Source: Mobula hypostoma (lineage: Eukaryota). From it: a stretch of DNA of 64,000 nt. Positions 41,279 to 52,872 of the stretch are shown one piece after another (the stretch's first letter is position 1; each line of letters begins with the position of its first letter). The stretch lies in contig NC_086101.1 of NCBI RefSeq assembly GCF_963921235.1, positions 1,302,001-1,366,000 of the forward strand, given 5' to 3'. The notes beneath the pieces were generated by a model that searched no databases, was not told the origin of the DNA, and was given only the letters and a program-made list of their open reading frames with translations. Both the position numbers and the translations under genes were made by a program.

Positions 41279-41279
41279 T

Positions 41280-41800
41280 TTGTCCCAATTAGCACCACTG
41301 ACTATAAAGACCTTAAGGAACCCTACCTTCCTGTTTATCACCTCCTCATTCTACCATAGGAGTTGAAGGTCACTGAGCTGCAGCTCCAAGCACAAACAAG
41401 AGAAAGTCTACAGATGCTGGATCTCTGCCTGGCCTGTTGAGTTCCTCCAGCATTTTGTGCATGTTGAGCTGCAGCTCCAGTTCCTTAGTACATTCTCTCA
41501 AGAGCTGCAACCTACTGCACCTGGCGCAGTTGTGTCTGGGAGACAGGAGGTTTCCCAGACTTCTCACATCCCACACAGTAGAAAACACTGACACTGGAAC
41601 CAGCCTCTCCGCACTGCTATGGCTTCACAGACGAGGAATGAACAGGTAAGAACAAAAAGAGAGAAACTTACCAGATACTTCACTCGCCCAAGCCTGCTCT
41701 CGCCTATACCTGATGAGCCAAAGCCACACTAAACTCCATTCAAAAGAATGGCCGCTCCAATAGGACTTCCGCTATTTTTTATTTTATTTGCGCTTTCTAA
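41280..41800 (-). mobile_element. CR1 5'UTR/ORF1 zinc-finger fragment containing a 76-bp Penelope-derived insert (41389-41464)
   Basis: HNCARCSRLQLLREC..ELELQL; the insert is flanked by TGAGCTGCAGCTCCA on both sides. Confidence 0.8.
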
Positions 41801-43471
41801 TAAACCTCTCTCTTTAATTGGTTGCAGCCCAACTCCAAGAAACTGCCATGAAGCTCTGCCTTTAAAATCTTGATTTCGCACCTGAATGAAAAGATAGCTC
41901 TATTTACGCATTCCCTCCCTTTGACTGGACGCAACCCAACCCCCTTTGTCGTCTGGGTTCTGTGACTGTCTGTGGGGAATTTCAGGGATGTACACTGCAT
42001 ACATAAATGCACTTCAAATCTTTAAATACTTTTCCATACCATCTGAGCAGAAGACTATGAGACATAGAAGCAGAATTAGGCAATTTGCCCAAAAAGTCTG
42101 CTCTGCCATTCAATCATGGCTGATCCTTTTTTCCCCTCCTCAGCCCCACACCCCGGCCTTCGACCAATAATCTACGATGCCGTTTCCAGTTAACAACATG
42201 AGGCTTACCTATGACCAGTGCGCCAATCGTCAGTTGGAGAGCTCTGAGAGAGGAGTCTGCACGCCTTTCCGGGAGCAAAGTTTAAAAGGGGCAGGCTTTG
42301 CAGGAACTCGGCTATAATTGCTGTACCAGTCGTGAGTTGGAGACCTGGGAAGCTTCAGGCATAAAAGGCAGTCCTTGCATAGTGGAGCGGTCATTGATGG
42401 AGTGGTCTGAGGCAGAGTGCTAGGCCTTTGGCTCATTCGGGCTTCGGTGAGGTTTACTAATCTCAGGATTACTGCCTGTGCCATGCGATAGTGATTATGA
42501 GGATAGAGTGAGGTGGAGGATAAATGCATGGCTGAGGGATTGGAGCAGGGGGTAGGAATTCAGATTTCTGGATCATTGGGACCTCTTTTGGGGCAGGTAT
42601 GACCTGTACAAAAAGGAAGGGTTGCACATGAATCAAGGGGGACCAATATTCTGGCAAAGAGGTTTGCTAAGGCTATTGGCGAGAGTTTAAACTAGAATTG
42701 CTGGGGGCTGGGAACCAAGCTCAAGAGACGGAGGAAGGGGCTGTTGGCTCACAAATGGAGACAGTGCAAGAGGGAGGATAGGCAGGTGATAGAGAAGGGA
42801 TGTGCTCAGACTGATGGTTTGAGATGTGTCTATTTTAATACAAGAAGCATCATGAACAAAGCAAATGAGCTTAGAGCGTGGATCAGTACTTGGAGCTATG
42901 ATGTTGTGGCCATTATGGAAACATGGATGGCTCAGGGGCAGGAACGGTTACTTAGAGTGCCAGCTTTAGATGTTCAGAAACAAAAGAGGGAGACAAAAGA
43001 GGTGGGGGAGTGGCACTGTTGATCAGAGATAGTGTCACGGACGCAGAAAAGGAGGAAGTCATGGAGGGGTTGTCTACAAACACTCAGTGGGTGGAAGTTA
43101 GAAACAGGAAGGGGTCAATAACTCTACTGGGTGTTTTTTTATAGACCACCCAATAGTAACAGGGACATCGAGGAGCAGATAAGGAGACAGATCCTGGAAA
43201 GGTGTAATAATAACAGGGTTGTCGCAGTGAGAGATTTTAATTCCTAAATATTGCTTGGCATCTCCCTTGAGCAAGGGCTTCAGATGGGGTGGCGTTTGTG
43301 AGGTGTGTTTCTTGACACAATATGTAGATAAGCCTACAAGAGAGGCTGTACTTGATCTGGTATTGGGAAATGAACCTGGTCAGGCATCAGGTCTCTCTCA
43401 GTGGGAGAGCATTTTGGAGATAGTGATCACACAGCAGTGGAGAGGGATAGGAACAGACGAGTTAGGAAAGC

Positions 43472-43927
43472 TGATGGCATGAACATTGATTTCTCCAACT
43501 TCCGCTAGTGCCCCTCCTCCCCTTCTTACCCCATCCCTTATTTTATTTATTCATTTATTATTCCCCCCCCTTTTTTCTCTCTCTCTTTCCCTCTCACAAT
43601 CACTCCTTGCCTGCTCTCCATCTTCCTTCGGTGCTTCCCTCCCCCTTTCTTTCTCCCGTGTCTCCAGCTTTGTTTCCCTTTTTCTAATCAACTGTCCAGT
43701 TCTTGACTCCATCCCTCCCCCCTCCTATCTTCTCCTATCATTTTGGATCTCCCCCTCCCCCTCTCAAATCTCTTACTAGCTCTTCTTTCAGTTAGTCCTG
43801 ACGAAGGGTCTCGGCCCAAAACGTCGACTGTACCTCTTCCTATAGATGCCGCCTGGTCTGCTGCGTTCACCAGCAACTTTGATGTGTGTTGCTTGAATTT
43901 CCAGCAACAGCGGATTTTCTCATGTTT
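43472..43927 (+). mobile_element. Penelope-like element 3' end and terminal repeat
   Basis: DGMNIDFSNFR* ORF end, pyrimidine-rich UTR, hammerhead motif; TSD-like GAG(T/G)TAGGAAAGC on both sides. Confidence 0.9.
43794..43829 (+). ncRNA. Minimal type I hammerhead ribozyme motif (core GAAA mutated to AAAA)
   Basis: AGTC-CTGACGA-A-GGGTCTCGGCCC-AAAA-CGTC-GACT: stem I AGTC/GACT, CUGANGA core, stem II, palindromic ACGT stem III, GUC cleavage triplet. Confidence 0.75.
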
Positions 43928-44425
43928 GAGGTAGGAAAGCGTTTAATTGGAGTAACGGGAGATATGAGGCTATCAGGCAGGAACTTGGAAGCAAATTGGG
44001 AACAGATGTTCTCAGGGAAAGGTGCGGCAGAAATGTGGCAAATGTTCGGGGGATATTTGCGTGGTGTTCTGCATTAGCAGTTCCAGTGAGACAGGGAAGG
44101 GATGTTAGGGTACAGGAACCATGGTGTACAAAGGCTGTTGAAAATCTAGGCAAGAAGGAAACAAAGCATGCAAAAGGTTCAAAAAACTAGGTTATGATAG
44201 AGATCTAGAAGACAATCAGGCTAGCAGGAAGGAGCTTAAGAATGAAGAGCCAGAGGGGTCATGAGAAGGCCTTGGCGAGCGGGATTCAGGGAAACCCCAA
44301 GGCGTTCTACAAGTATGTGAAGAGCAAGAGGATAAGATGTGAGAGAATAGGGTCAATCAAATGTAACAGTGGAAAGGTGTGTATGGAACCAGAGGAGACA
44401 GCAGTGATACTAAATGAATACTTTG

Positions 44426-45348
44426 CTTCAGAGTAATGCTCCACCCATCTCTCCATCTGCTTGCCTTTGTCTTTGATGGTCTCACCTGTTATGGTTTTCA
44501 GTGGTGCTATCTTGCTTTGGGTTGGACTGATGGCTTTCTTGATCCCCTCACACACTCCACGGATGTTGTCTGTGTCAAATGATGACTGAATGCTTTTGCA
44601 TGGTCGTGGCCAGTAGTCATTTGCACAGCATCTGGCTGTTTCCTCGGCCTTGCATCTTCCTGTCCTTAGCGCTTGCATTGTTGCCTGGGTGGGGTGGCGT
44701 TTTTCTTTTCCAGAGAAAACAGCACCTCCGACAGCGCGCTAGATGCCGTGGAATACCTGCTTGTCATGGAGGAACTGGATGCATTGCCGACTGCCGAAGA
44801 GCTGAGTAAAGCCATTGACAGCCTGCCCACTGGGAAGGCACCAGGATTGGATGGTATTCCACCAGAGGCCATCAAGTGTGCAAAGGGCGTTCTGCTAAAC
44901 CACCTGCACCAACTACTGTGCCAATGCTCGATAGAGGGAGCAGTGCCGCAAGACATGAGAGACTGCAACATTGTCACCCTATATAAAAACAAAGGGGACA
45001 GAAGCGACTGTAACAGCTACAAGGGAATCTCCTTGCTGAGCATCGTTGGGAAGGCCTTCGCCCGCGTGGTCCAGAACAGACTGCAGAAAATAGCCAAAAG
45101 GGTATATCCCGAGTCTCAGTGCAGTTTCAGGTCAGAACGCTCCACAATCGAAATGATCTTCTCCCTTCGACAGCTACAAGAGAAATGCAGAGAGCAAAGG
45201 CAACCACACTGCATCGCTTCCATTGACCACATGAAGGCCTTCGACCTTGTGAGCAGAGACGGTCTGTTCAAAATCCTCGCCAGGATTGGTTGTCCCCCGA
45301 GGCTCCTCAGGATTGTTCAGTCATTCCACACAGACATGAAGGGCACAA
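44426..45348 (+). mobile_element. RTE-clade LINE fragment with an inverted 5' segment (44426-44690 on minus)
   Basis: GKAPGLDGIPPE...YKGISLLSIVGKAFARV...YPESQCSFR..RST.EMIFSLRQLQEKCREQ on plus; QMERWVEHYSE on minus. Confidence 0.92.
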
Positions 45349-45930
45349 CACTCAATCCAGTATAGCTGATCCCCTGGCAGGCTCAACCACAAGCTGCTCT
45401 AAAAACCTATTTCATAGGCATTCCACAAACTCACTCTCTTGAGATCCATTTCTAACCTGATTTTCCCAATCAACCCGCACGTTGAAATCTCCCATGACTA
45501 TCGTAACATTGCCCTTTTGACAAGCCTTTTCTATTTCCTGTTGTCATCTGTAATCCACATTCCACCTACTGTTGGGAGGCCTGTAGAAACATCCTTTTAC
45601 CCTTGCAGTTTCTTAACTCAAGCCACAGGGATGCAACATCTTCCGATCCTATGTCACATCGTTCTATTCATTTGATGCCATTCCTTACCCCCATAGCCAC
45701 GCTACCCCCTCTGCCTACCTCCCTGCCCTTCCTACACAAGGTGTCACCGAGGAGATTTAATCCCAACTACAACCATCCTTCAGCCACGATTCAGTGATGG
45801 CCACAACATCATACCTGACCATCTGTAATAGTGCAACAAGATCATCCACCTTATTTCTTATACTCTTTGTGCATTGGGATACAACACTTTGGGTACTGGA
45901 AATGTCACCCTTGTTGATTTTGCATCCATG
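45349..45930 (-). mobile_element. Decayed CR1 endonuclease fragment
   Basis: Nucleotide similarity to 25500-25990 (ATGGCCACAACATCAT, TGAAATCTCCCATGAC). Confidence 0.78.
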
Positions 45931-46562
45931 AGCCAGGACCGCTAATTTGGGCCTCCAGTACCATCTGGGGGGAATAATTCCTTTTTTTCTTATAATTCCT
46001 AAAGTGATTTTCTTAATTCTTATAGTGATTTCTTAATTCTTATAGTGAATAATTCTTATAGTGATTTTTGGCAAGGAATACACCCCTAGTGCTAGAAAAC
46101 ATGTGATAGCATTGCAGTGGAGGTAGCTTTCTGTGTGTTGTCACTCGATTTATAACCCCATTCCAAAACACGCTTTTCAAAACCATACATAGCACAGAAT
46201 AAAGCATTCTACTTCAACCTCTCTTATTATTGACGCTTTGTCTTTGAAAATTTGTGGGAATATTGCTCAGGCTATATGTTTTTCAGAAAAGTTGTTAAAA
46301 TTAGCATCCCTACAAATGTCATCTATTACTGGCAGTGACAACACAGTGACTATACATTATGTAAGATGTACTTCTGTTTTCATGTTCTGTTTCACATTTA
46401 TATCTTGTATATCACCATTTATATCACCTTTGTAGCAGGTGCTTTTTTCACCAGCAATGTTAATGCAATTTTTTTCTGTTTTACTGTAATTCTATATGCT
46501 ATGACAAAAGCTTAAGATTGTTTTGATTTGATACAGCAATATGGAAAATATCATGACATTGA

Positions 46563-49500
46563 GTGGGCCAGTGAAGGAGTGGAGCTTTGAGGCTTTGACT
46601 TGAGAGATTCTGGCAGTTTTGGCAGTTGGTCTGTGCAATCAAGTCAATCAAGATTTGGATAGATCAGACTCAGCAGAAAGCCGTTGATTAGACAATCAAG
46701 ATTTGAATAGATCAGCAGAAAGCCGTTGATTAGACAATCAAGATTTGGATAGATCAGCAGAAAGCCGTTGATTAGACAATCAAGATTTGAATAGATCAGC
46801 AGAAAGCCGTTGATTAGACAATCAAGATTTGAATAGCTCAGACTCAGCAGAAAGCAGCTGGTTGGGCAGTCGAGGTCAGGTGACCAAACATTTTGGAAAG
46901 CTCAAACAGACAAATAGAGGGATAGCTCAAGCGAAGCGGCCAGAGCGTGAGTGGGGCAGTGAAGGAGTGGAGTGTTGAGACTTTGACTCGAGAGGCTTCG
47001 ATGAGAAGAGGCAGAGGACAAGCTTGCTCGCAGTTAGTTTTTACAATGTCTCCTGAGACAGTGACGTGCCTCTCATGTGAGATGTGGCAGTCTTGGGGGA
47101 ACGCCCCTCTCCCGCAGAGTCACATCTGCCAAAAGTGCATAGGGCTGGGCGATCTGGAAGACCGTGTAAGGAATCTGGAGCAGCAGCTGGATGACCTTTG
47201 ACTCATAAGGGAGAATGAGGCAGTCATAGATGAGAGCTACAGGGAGGTAGTCACACCTAGGCTGTCGGAAGCAGGTCGTTGAGTGACAGTCAGAGGGGGG
47301 GAAAGCAAAGGTGAGCAGACAGGTAGTGCAGAGCACCCCTGTAGCCATTCTCCTGAATAATAGGTTTACCGTCCTGGATACTGCTGGCGGGGACGACCAA
47401 CCAGGTGTGAGTCACGGTGGCAGGGCCTCCAGCACTGAGTCTGACCCTGTGGTGCAGAAAGGTGGGATGGAGAAGAGGAGAGCTGTCGTCATTGGAGACA
47501 CTATAGTCAGGGGAGCAGACAGGAGATTTTGTGGACGTGAGAAGGACACCTGCATGGTTTGTTGCCTCCCGGGTGCCAGGGTCCGGGATGTCTCTGACCG
47601 GGTGCACGACATCCTGGTACGAGAGGGAAAGCAACCAGAAATCGTGATACATGTTGGGACCAAAGACATAGGCAGGAAGAGAGCTGAGGTCCTGAAGTGT
47701 GAGTTTCGGGAACTAGGCAGAAGGCTGAAGAACAGGACCTCAAGGGTGGCATTCTCAGGATTGCTGCCAGTGCTACGTGACAGTGATGGTAAGAATTGGA
47801 GGAGATGGCAGTTGAATGCGTGGCTGAGGAGTTGGTGCAGGGAGCGGGGCTTTAGATTTTTAGATCATTGGGATCTCTTCTGGAGAAGGTGGGACCTGTA
47901 CAGATTGGATGGGTTGCACCTGAACTCGAGGGGGAGCAATATCCTTGCAGGTAGGTTTGCCAGCATGGTTCAGGAGGGTTTAAACTAATTTGCGAGGGGG
48001 ATGGGACCCAGAGCGATAGAGCAGTGAAAGAAGTGCATGGAGTAAAGCCAGATCTAACATACAGAGAGGCTTTGAGGAAAGAGAAGCAGAATAAATAGTG
48101 TAAAGACTGTCAGGTAGAAGGGCTGAAATGTGTGTACCTCAATGCAAGAAGCATCAGGAAGGTGATGAACTGAGAGCTTGGATACATATATGGAATTATG
48201 ATGTAGTGGCCATTACAGAGACTTGGCTGGCACCAGGGCAGGAATGGATTCTCAATATTCCTGGATTTCAGTGCTTTAAAAGGGATAGAGAGGGCAGAAA
48301 AAGGGGAGGAGGGGTGGCATTACTGGTCAGGGATACTATTACAGCTACAGAAAGGGTGGGTAATGTAGCAGGATCCTCTTTTGAGTCAATATGGGTGGAA
48401 GTCAGGAACAGGAAGGGAGTAGTTTCTCTATTGGGGGTATTCTGTAGGCCCCCTGGTAGCAGCAGAGATACAGAGGAGCAGATTGGGAGGCAGATTTTGG
48501 AAAGGTGCAAAAATAAGAGGGTTGTTATCATGGGTGACTTTAACTTCCCTAATATTGATTGGCACCTGATTAGTTCCAAGGGTTTAGATGGGGCAGAGTT
48601 AGTTAAGTGTGTCCAGGATGGATTCCTGTCACAGTATTTGGACAGGCCGACTAGGGGAATGCCATACTAGATCTAGTACTAGGTAATGAACCGGGTCAGG
48701 TCACAGATCTCTCAGTGGGTGAGCATCTGGGGGACAGTGACCACCGCTCCCTGGCCTTTAGCATTATCATGGAAAAGGATAGAATCAGAGAGGACAGGAA
48801 AATTTTTAATTGGGGAAAGGCAAATTATGAGGCTATAAGGCTAGAACTTGCGGGTGTGAATTGGGATGATGTTTTTGCAGGGAAACGTACTATGGACATG
48901 TGGTTGATGTTTAGAGAGCTCTTGCGGGATGTTAGGGATAAATTTGTCTCGGTGAGGAAGATAAAGAATGGTAGGGTGAAGGAACCATGGGTGACAAGTG
49001 AGGAGGAAAATCTGGTCAGGTGGAAGAAGGCAGCATACATGAGGTTTAGGAAGCAAGGATCAGATGGGTCTATTGAGGAATATAGGGAAGCAAGAAAGGA
49101 GCTTAAGAAGGGGCTGAGAAGAGCAAGAAGGGGGCATGAGAAGGCCTTGGCGAGTAGGGTAAAGGAAAACCCCAAGGCATTCTTCAGTTATGTGAAGAAA
49201 AAAAGGATGACAGGAGTGAAGGTAGGACCGATTAGAGATAAAGGTGGGAAGATGTGCCTGGAGGCTGTGGAAGTGAGCGAGGTCCTCAATGAATACTTCT
49301 CTTCGGTATTCGCCAATGAGAGGGAACTTGATGATGGTGAGGACAATATGAGTGAGGTTGATGTTCTGGAGCATGTTGATATTAAGGGAGAGGAGGTGTT
49401 GGAGTTGTTAAAATACATTAGGACAGATAAGTCCCCGGGGCCTGACGGAATATTCCCCAGGCTGCTCCACGAGGCGAGAGAAGAGATTGCTGAGCCTCTG

Positions 49501-50974
49501 GCTAGGATCTTTGTCCTCGTTGTCCACGGGAATGGTACCGGAGGATTGGAGGGAGATGAATGTTGTCCCCTTGTTCAAAAAAGGTAGTAGGGATAGTCCG
49601 GGTAATTATAGACCAGTGAGCCTTACGCCTGTGGTGGGAAAGCTGTTGGAAAAGATTCTTAGAGATAGGATCTACGGGCATTTAGAGAATCATTGTCTGA
49701 TCAGGGACAGTCAGCATGGCTTTGTGAAGGGCAGATCGTGTCTAACAAGCCTGATAGAGTTCTTTGAGGAGGTGACCAGGAATATAGATGAGGGTAGTGC
49801 AGTGGATGTGATCTATATGGATTTTAGTAAGGCATTTGACAAGGTTCCACACGGTAGGCTTACTCAGAAAGTTAGAAGACATGGGATCTAGGGAAGTTTG
49901 GCCAGGTGGATTCAGAATTGGCTTGCCTGCAGAAGGCAGAGGGTGGTGATGGAGAGAGTACATTCATATTGGAGGATTGTGACTAGTGGTGTCCCACAAG
50001 GATCTGTTCTGGGACCTCTACTTTTCGTGATTTTTATTAACGACCTGGATGTGGGGGTAGAAGGATGGGTTGGCAAGTTTGCAGACGACACAAAGGTTGG
50101 TGGTGTTGTAGATAGTGTAGAGGATTGTCGAAGATTGCAGAGAGACATTGATAGGATGCAGGAGTGGGCTGAGAAGTGGCAGATAGAGTTCAACCCAGAG
50201 AAGTGTGAGGTGGTACAATTTGGAAGGACAAACTCCAAGGCAGAGTACAAAGTAAATGGCAGGATACTTGGTAGTGTGGAGGAGCAGAGGGATCTCGGGG
50301 TACATGTCCACAGATCCCTGAAAGTTGCCTCACAGGTGGATAGGGTAGTTAAGAAAGCTTATGGGGTGTTAGCTTTCATAAGTCGAGGGATAGAGTTTAA
50401 GAGTCGCGATGTAATGATGCAGCTCTATAAAACTCTGGTTAGGCCACACTTGGAGTACTGTGTCCAGTTTTGGTCACCTCACTATAGGAAGGATGTGGAA
50501 GCATTGGAAAAGGTACAGAGGAGATTTACCAGGATGCTGCCTGGTTTAGAAAGTATGCATTATGATCAGAGATTAAGGGAGCTAGGGCTTTGCTCTTTGG
50601 AGAGAAGGAGGATGAGAGGAGACATGATAGAGGTGTACAAGATAATAAGAGGAATAGATAGAGTGGATAGTCAGCGCTCTTCCCCAGGGCACCACTGCTC
50701 AATACAAGGGGACATGGTGTTAAGGTAAGGGGTGGGGAGTTCAAGGGGGATATTAGAGGAAGGTTTTTTTACTCAGAGAGTGGTTGGTGTGTGGAATGCA
50801 CTGCCTGAGTCAGTGGTGGAGGCAGATACACTAGTGAAGTTTAAGAGACTACTAGTCAGGTATATGGAGGAATTTAAGGTGGGGGCTTATATGGGAGGCA
50901 GGGTTTGAGGGTCGGCAGAACATTGAGGGCCGAAGGGCCTGTACTGTGCTGTACTATTCTATGTTCTATGTTCT
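46563..50974 (+). mobile_element. Full-length-like CR1 LINE (5'UTR with tandem monomers, ORF1, ORF2, tail), disabled
   Basis: ORF1 ATG ~47046: CLSC..HICQKC, coiled coil and SGNH esterase (VIGDTIVRG, HVGTKD, DGLHL) to 47988. ORF2 ~48100-50900 has frameshifts and a stop at ~49889. TTCTATG tail; possible ATTGA TSD. Confidence 0.95.
46644..46855. repeat. 42-bp tandem repeat, ~5 copies, in the CR1 5'UTR
   Basis: Unit CAATCAAGATTTG(A/G)ATAGATCAGCAGAAAGCCGTTGATTAGA. Confidence 0.93.
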
Positions 50975-51419
50975 ATTGATAAAACTCCAGAAATCTCTCC
51001 AAATGAGGTTTTTTACCTTCTGGGGGGGGGGGGGGTAACATTTTCTGCTGTACTGATGTTAATATGGAATATATACAAAAAGTGATTACTTATTTGAATT
51101 CCTGAATAAACTCCCTACAAATCCATGTGATTATATGTGTCCTAGGGTTTTTATTGACTTTTCCAAAATAAACAACAGACAAATATTTTTTTAAAAATGA
51201 AATTATTCACTCTACTGAAATTGGGCACTGTACTGCGAGTGCCACCAATGACATAGTTTTCAATGTAGAATCTTATAACAACATTTCATGAAAAGTGCTT
51301 GAACTCAGCTATCATTGTGACAAATTTCAATGTTGAGGGATCACTGATGACAAAATACCACTAGGTTGAATATATATTACAATGGACCTCTCATGTGCTG
51401 TAGAATTCAAAAACGCCTA

Positions 51420-51780
51420 AAAATCAAAGGAGAAAGTGCTCAGCAAACTGAAAGGTTTTAAGGTGGTTAAGTCATCAGGACCAGATGGACTACATCCCAG
51501 AGGGCTGAAGGAGGTTGCTGAAGAGATAATGGATGCACTGTTCATGATCTTTCAAAGTTCACTTGATTCTGGCATGGTCCCAGAAAATTGCAAATGTCCT
51601 TCTATTCTTTAAGAAACGAGAAAGACAGAGGAGAGGAAATTATAGGCCAGTTAGCCGAACCTCAATTGTTGGAAAATTGTTGGAGTGCATTAGTAAGGAC
51701 AACGTTTCGGAGTACTTGGAGACTAATGATAAAATAAGTCAAAGTCAGCATAGTTTCTGTGAAGGGATATCTCGTCTTAC
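51420..51780 (+). mobile_element. Decayed CR1 ORF2 fragment
   Basis: GNYRPVSRTSIVGKLLE. Confidence 0.82.
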
Positions 51781-51784
51781 AGTG

Positions 51785-52755
51785 CAAACACGAGGAAATC
51801 TACAAATGCTGGAAATTCAAGTAAGACACACAAAAAATACTGGTGAACACAGCAGGCCAGGCAGCATCTATAGGAAGAGGTACAGTCGACGTTTTGGGCT
51901 GAGACCCTTCGTCAGGACTAACTGAAAGAAGAGATAGTAAGAGATTAGAAAGTGGGAGTGGGAGGGGGAGGGGGAGATCCAAAATGATAGGAGAAGACAG
52001 GAGGGGGAGGGAGGGAGCCAAGAGTTGGACAGGTGATTGGCAGAAGGGATACGAGGGTGGAGAAGGGAAAGGATCATGGGACGTGAGGCCGAGGGAGAAA
52101 GAAAGGGGGAGGGAAGCCCAGAGGATGGGCAAGGAGTATAGTGGGAGGAACAGAGGGAGAAAAAAGAGACAGAGAAATTTTTTTTAATAACAAACAAACA
52201 AACAAATAAATAAATAAATAACAGATGGGGTACGAAGGGGAGGTGGGGCATTAACAGAAGTTAGAGAAGTCAATGTTCATGCCATCAGGTTGGAGGCTAC
52301 CCAGACTGAATATAAGGTGTTGTTCCTCCAACCTGAGTGTGGCTTTATCTTTACAGTAGAGGAGGCTGTGGATAGACATGTCAGAATGGGAATGGGATGT
52401 GGAATTAAAATGTGTGGCCACTGGGAGATCCTGCTTTCTCTGGCAGACAGAGCATAGGTGTTCAGCGAAATGGTCTCCCAGCCTGCGTTGGGTCTTGCCA
52501 ATATATAGAAGGCTGCATCGTGAGCACCGGACGCAGTATATCACCCCAGCCAACTCATAGGTGAAGTGTCGCCTAACCTGGAAGGACTGTCTGGGGCCCT
52601 GAATGGTGGTAAGGGAGGAAGTGTAAGGGCATGTGTAGCACTTATTCTGCTTACAAGGATAAGTGCCGGGAGGGAGATGGGTGGGAAGAGATGGGGGGGA
52701 CGAGTGGACAAGGGAGTCGCATGGGGAGCAAATGCTGCGGAAAGCCGGGGGGCGG
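51785..52755 (-). mobile_element. Penelope-like element 3' portion with GIY-YIG endonuclease
   Basis: ORF 52251-52553: GVIYCVRCSRCSLLYIGKTQRRLGDHFAEH...EEQHLIFSLGSLQPDGMN. Hammerhead motif at 51884-51919. Confidence 0.93.
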
Positions 52756-52872
52756 GGGGAGAGAGAGGGAATAGAATCAGAGAGGACAGGAAAATTTTTA
52801 ATTGGGGAAGGGCAAATTATGAGGCTATAAGGCTAGAAGCTGCGGGTGTGAATTGGGATGATGTTTTTGCAG

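Larger units (their letters stand above)
42220..44432 (+). mobile_element. Decayed CR1 (5'UTR, ORF1 end, ORF2 endonuclease and linker)
   Basis: CVYFNTRSIMNK, LDLVLGNEP, NPKAFYKYV, LNEYFAS. Confidence 0.88.

Noticed and set aside
41705..41740. CTGATGA hammerhead core in a CR1 5'UTR
   Set aside because: No stem II followed by GAAA and no flanking stem I.
41806..41882. Possible extra minus-strand exon (good polypyrimidine-CAG acceptor)
   Set aside because: It has a stop after five codons in the phase-1 frame required by the flanking exons, and the donor is weak.
46003..46068. ~20-bp AT-rich tandem triplication
   Set aside because: An ordinary slippage duplication with no further structure.
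46644..46855. CRISPR-like repeat
   Set aside because: The units are head-to-tail without spacers and lie in a LINE 5'UTR.
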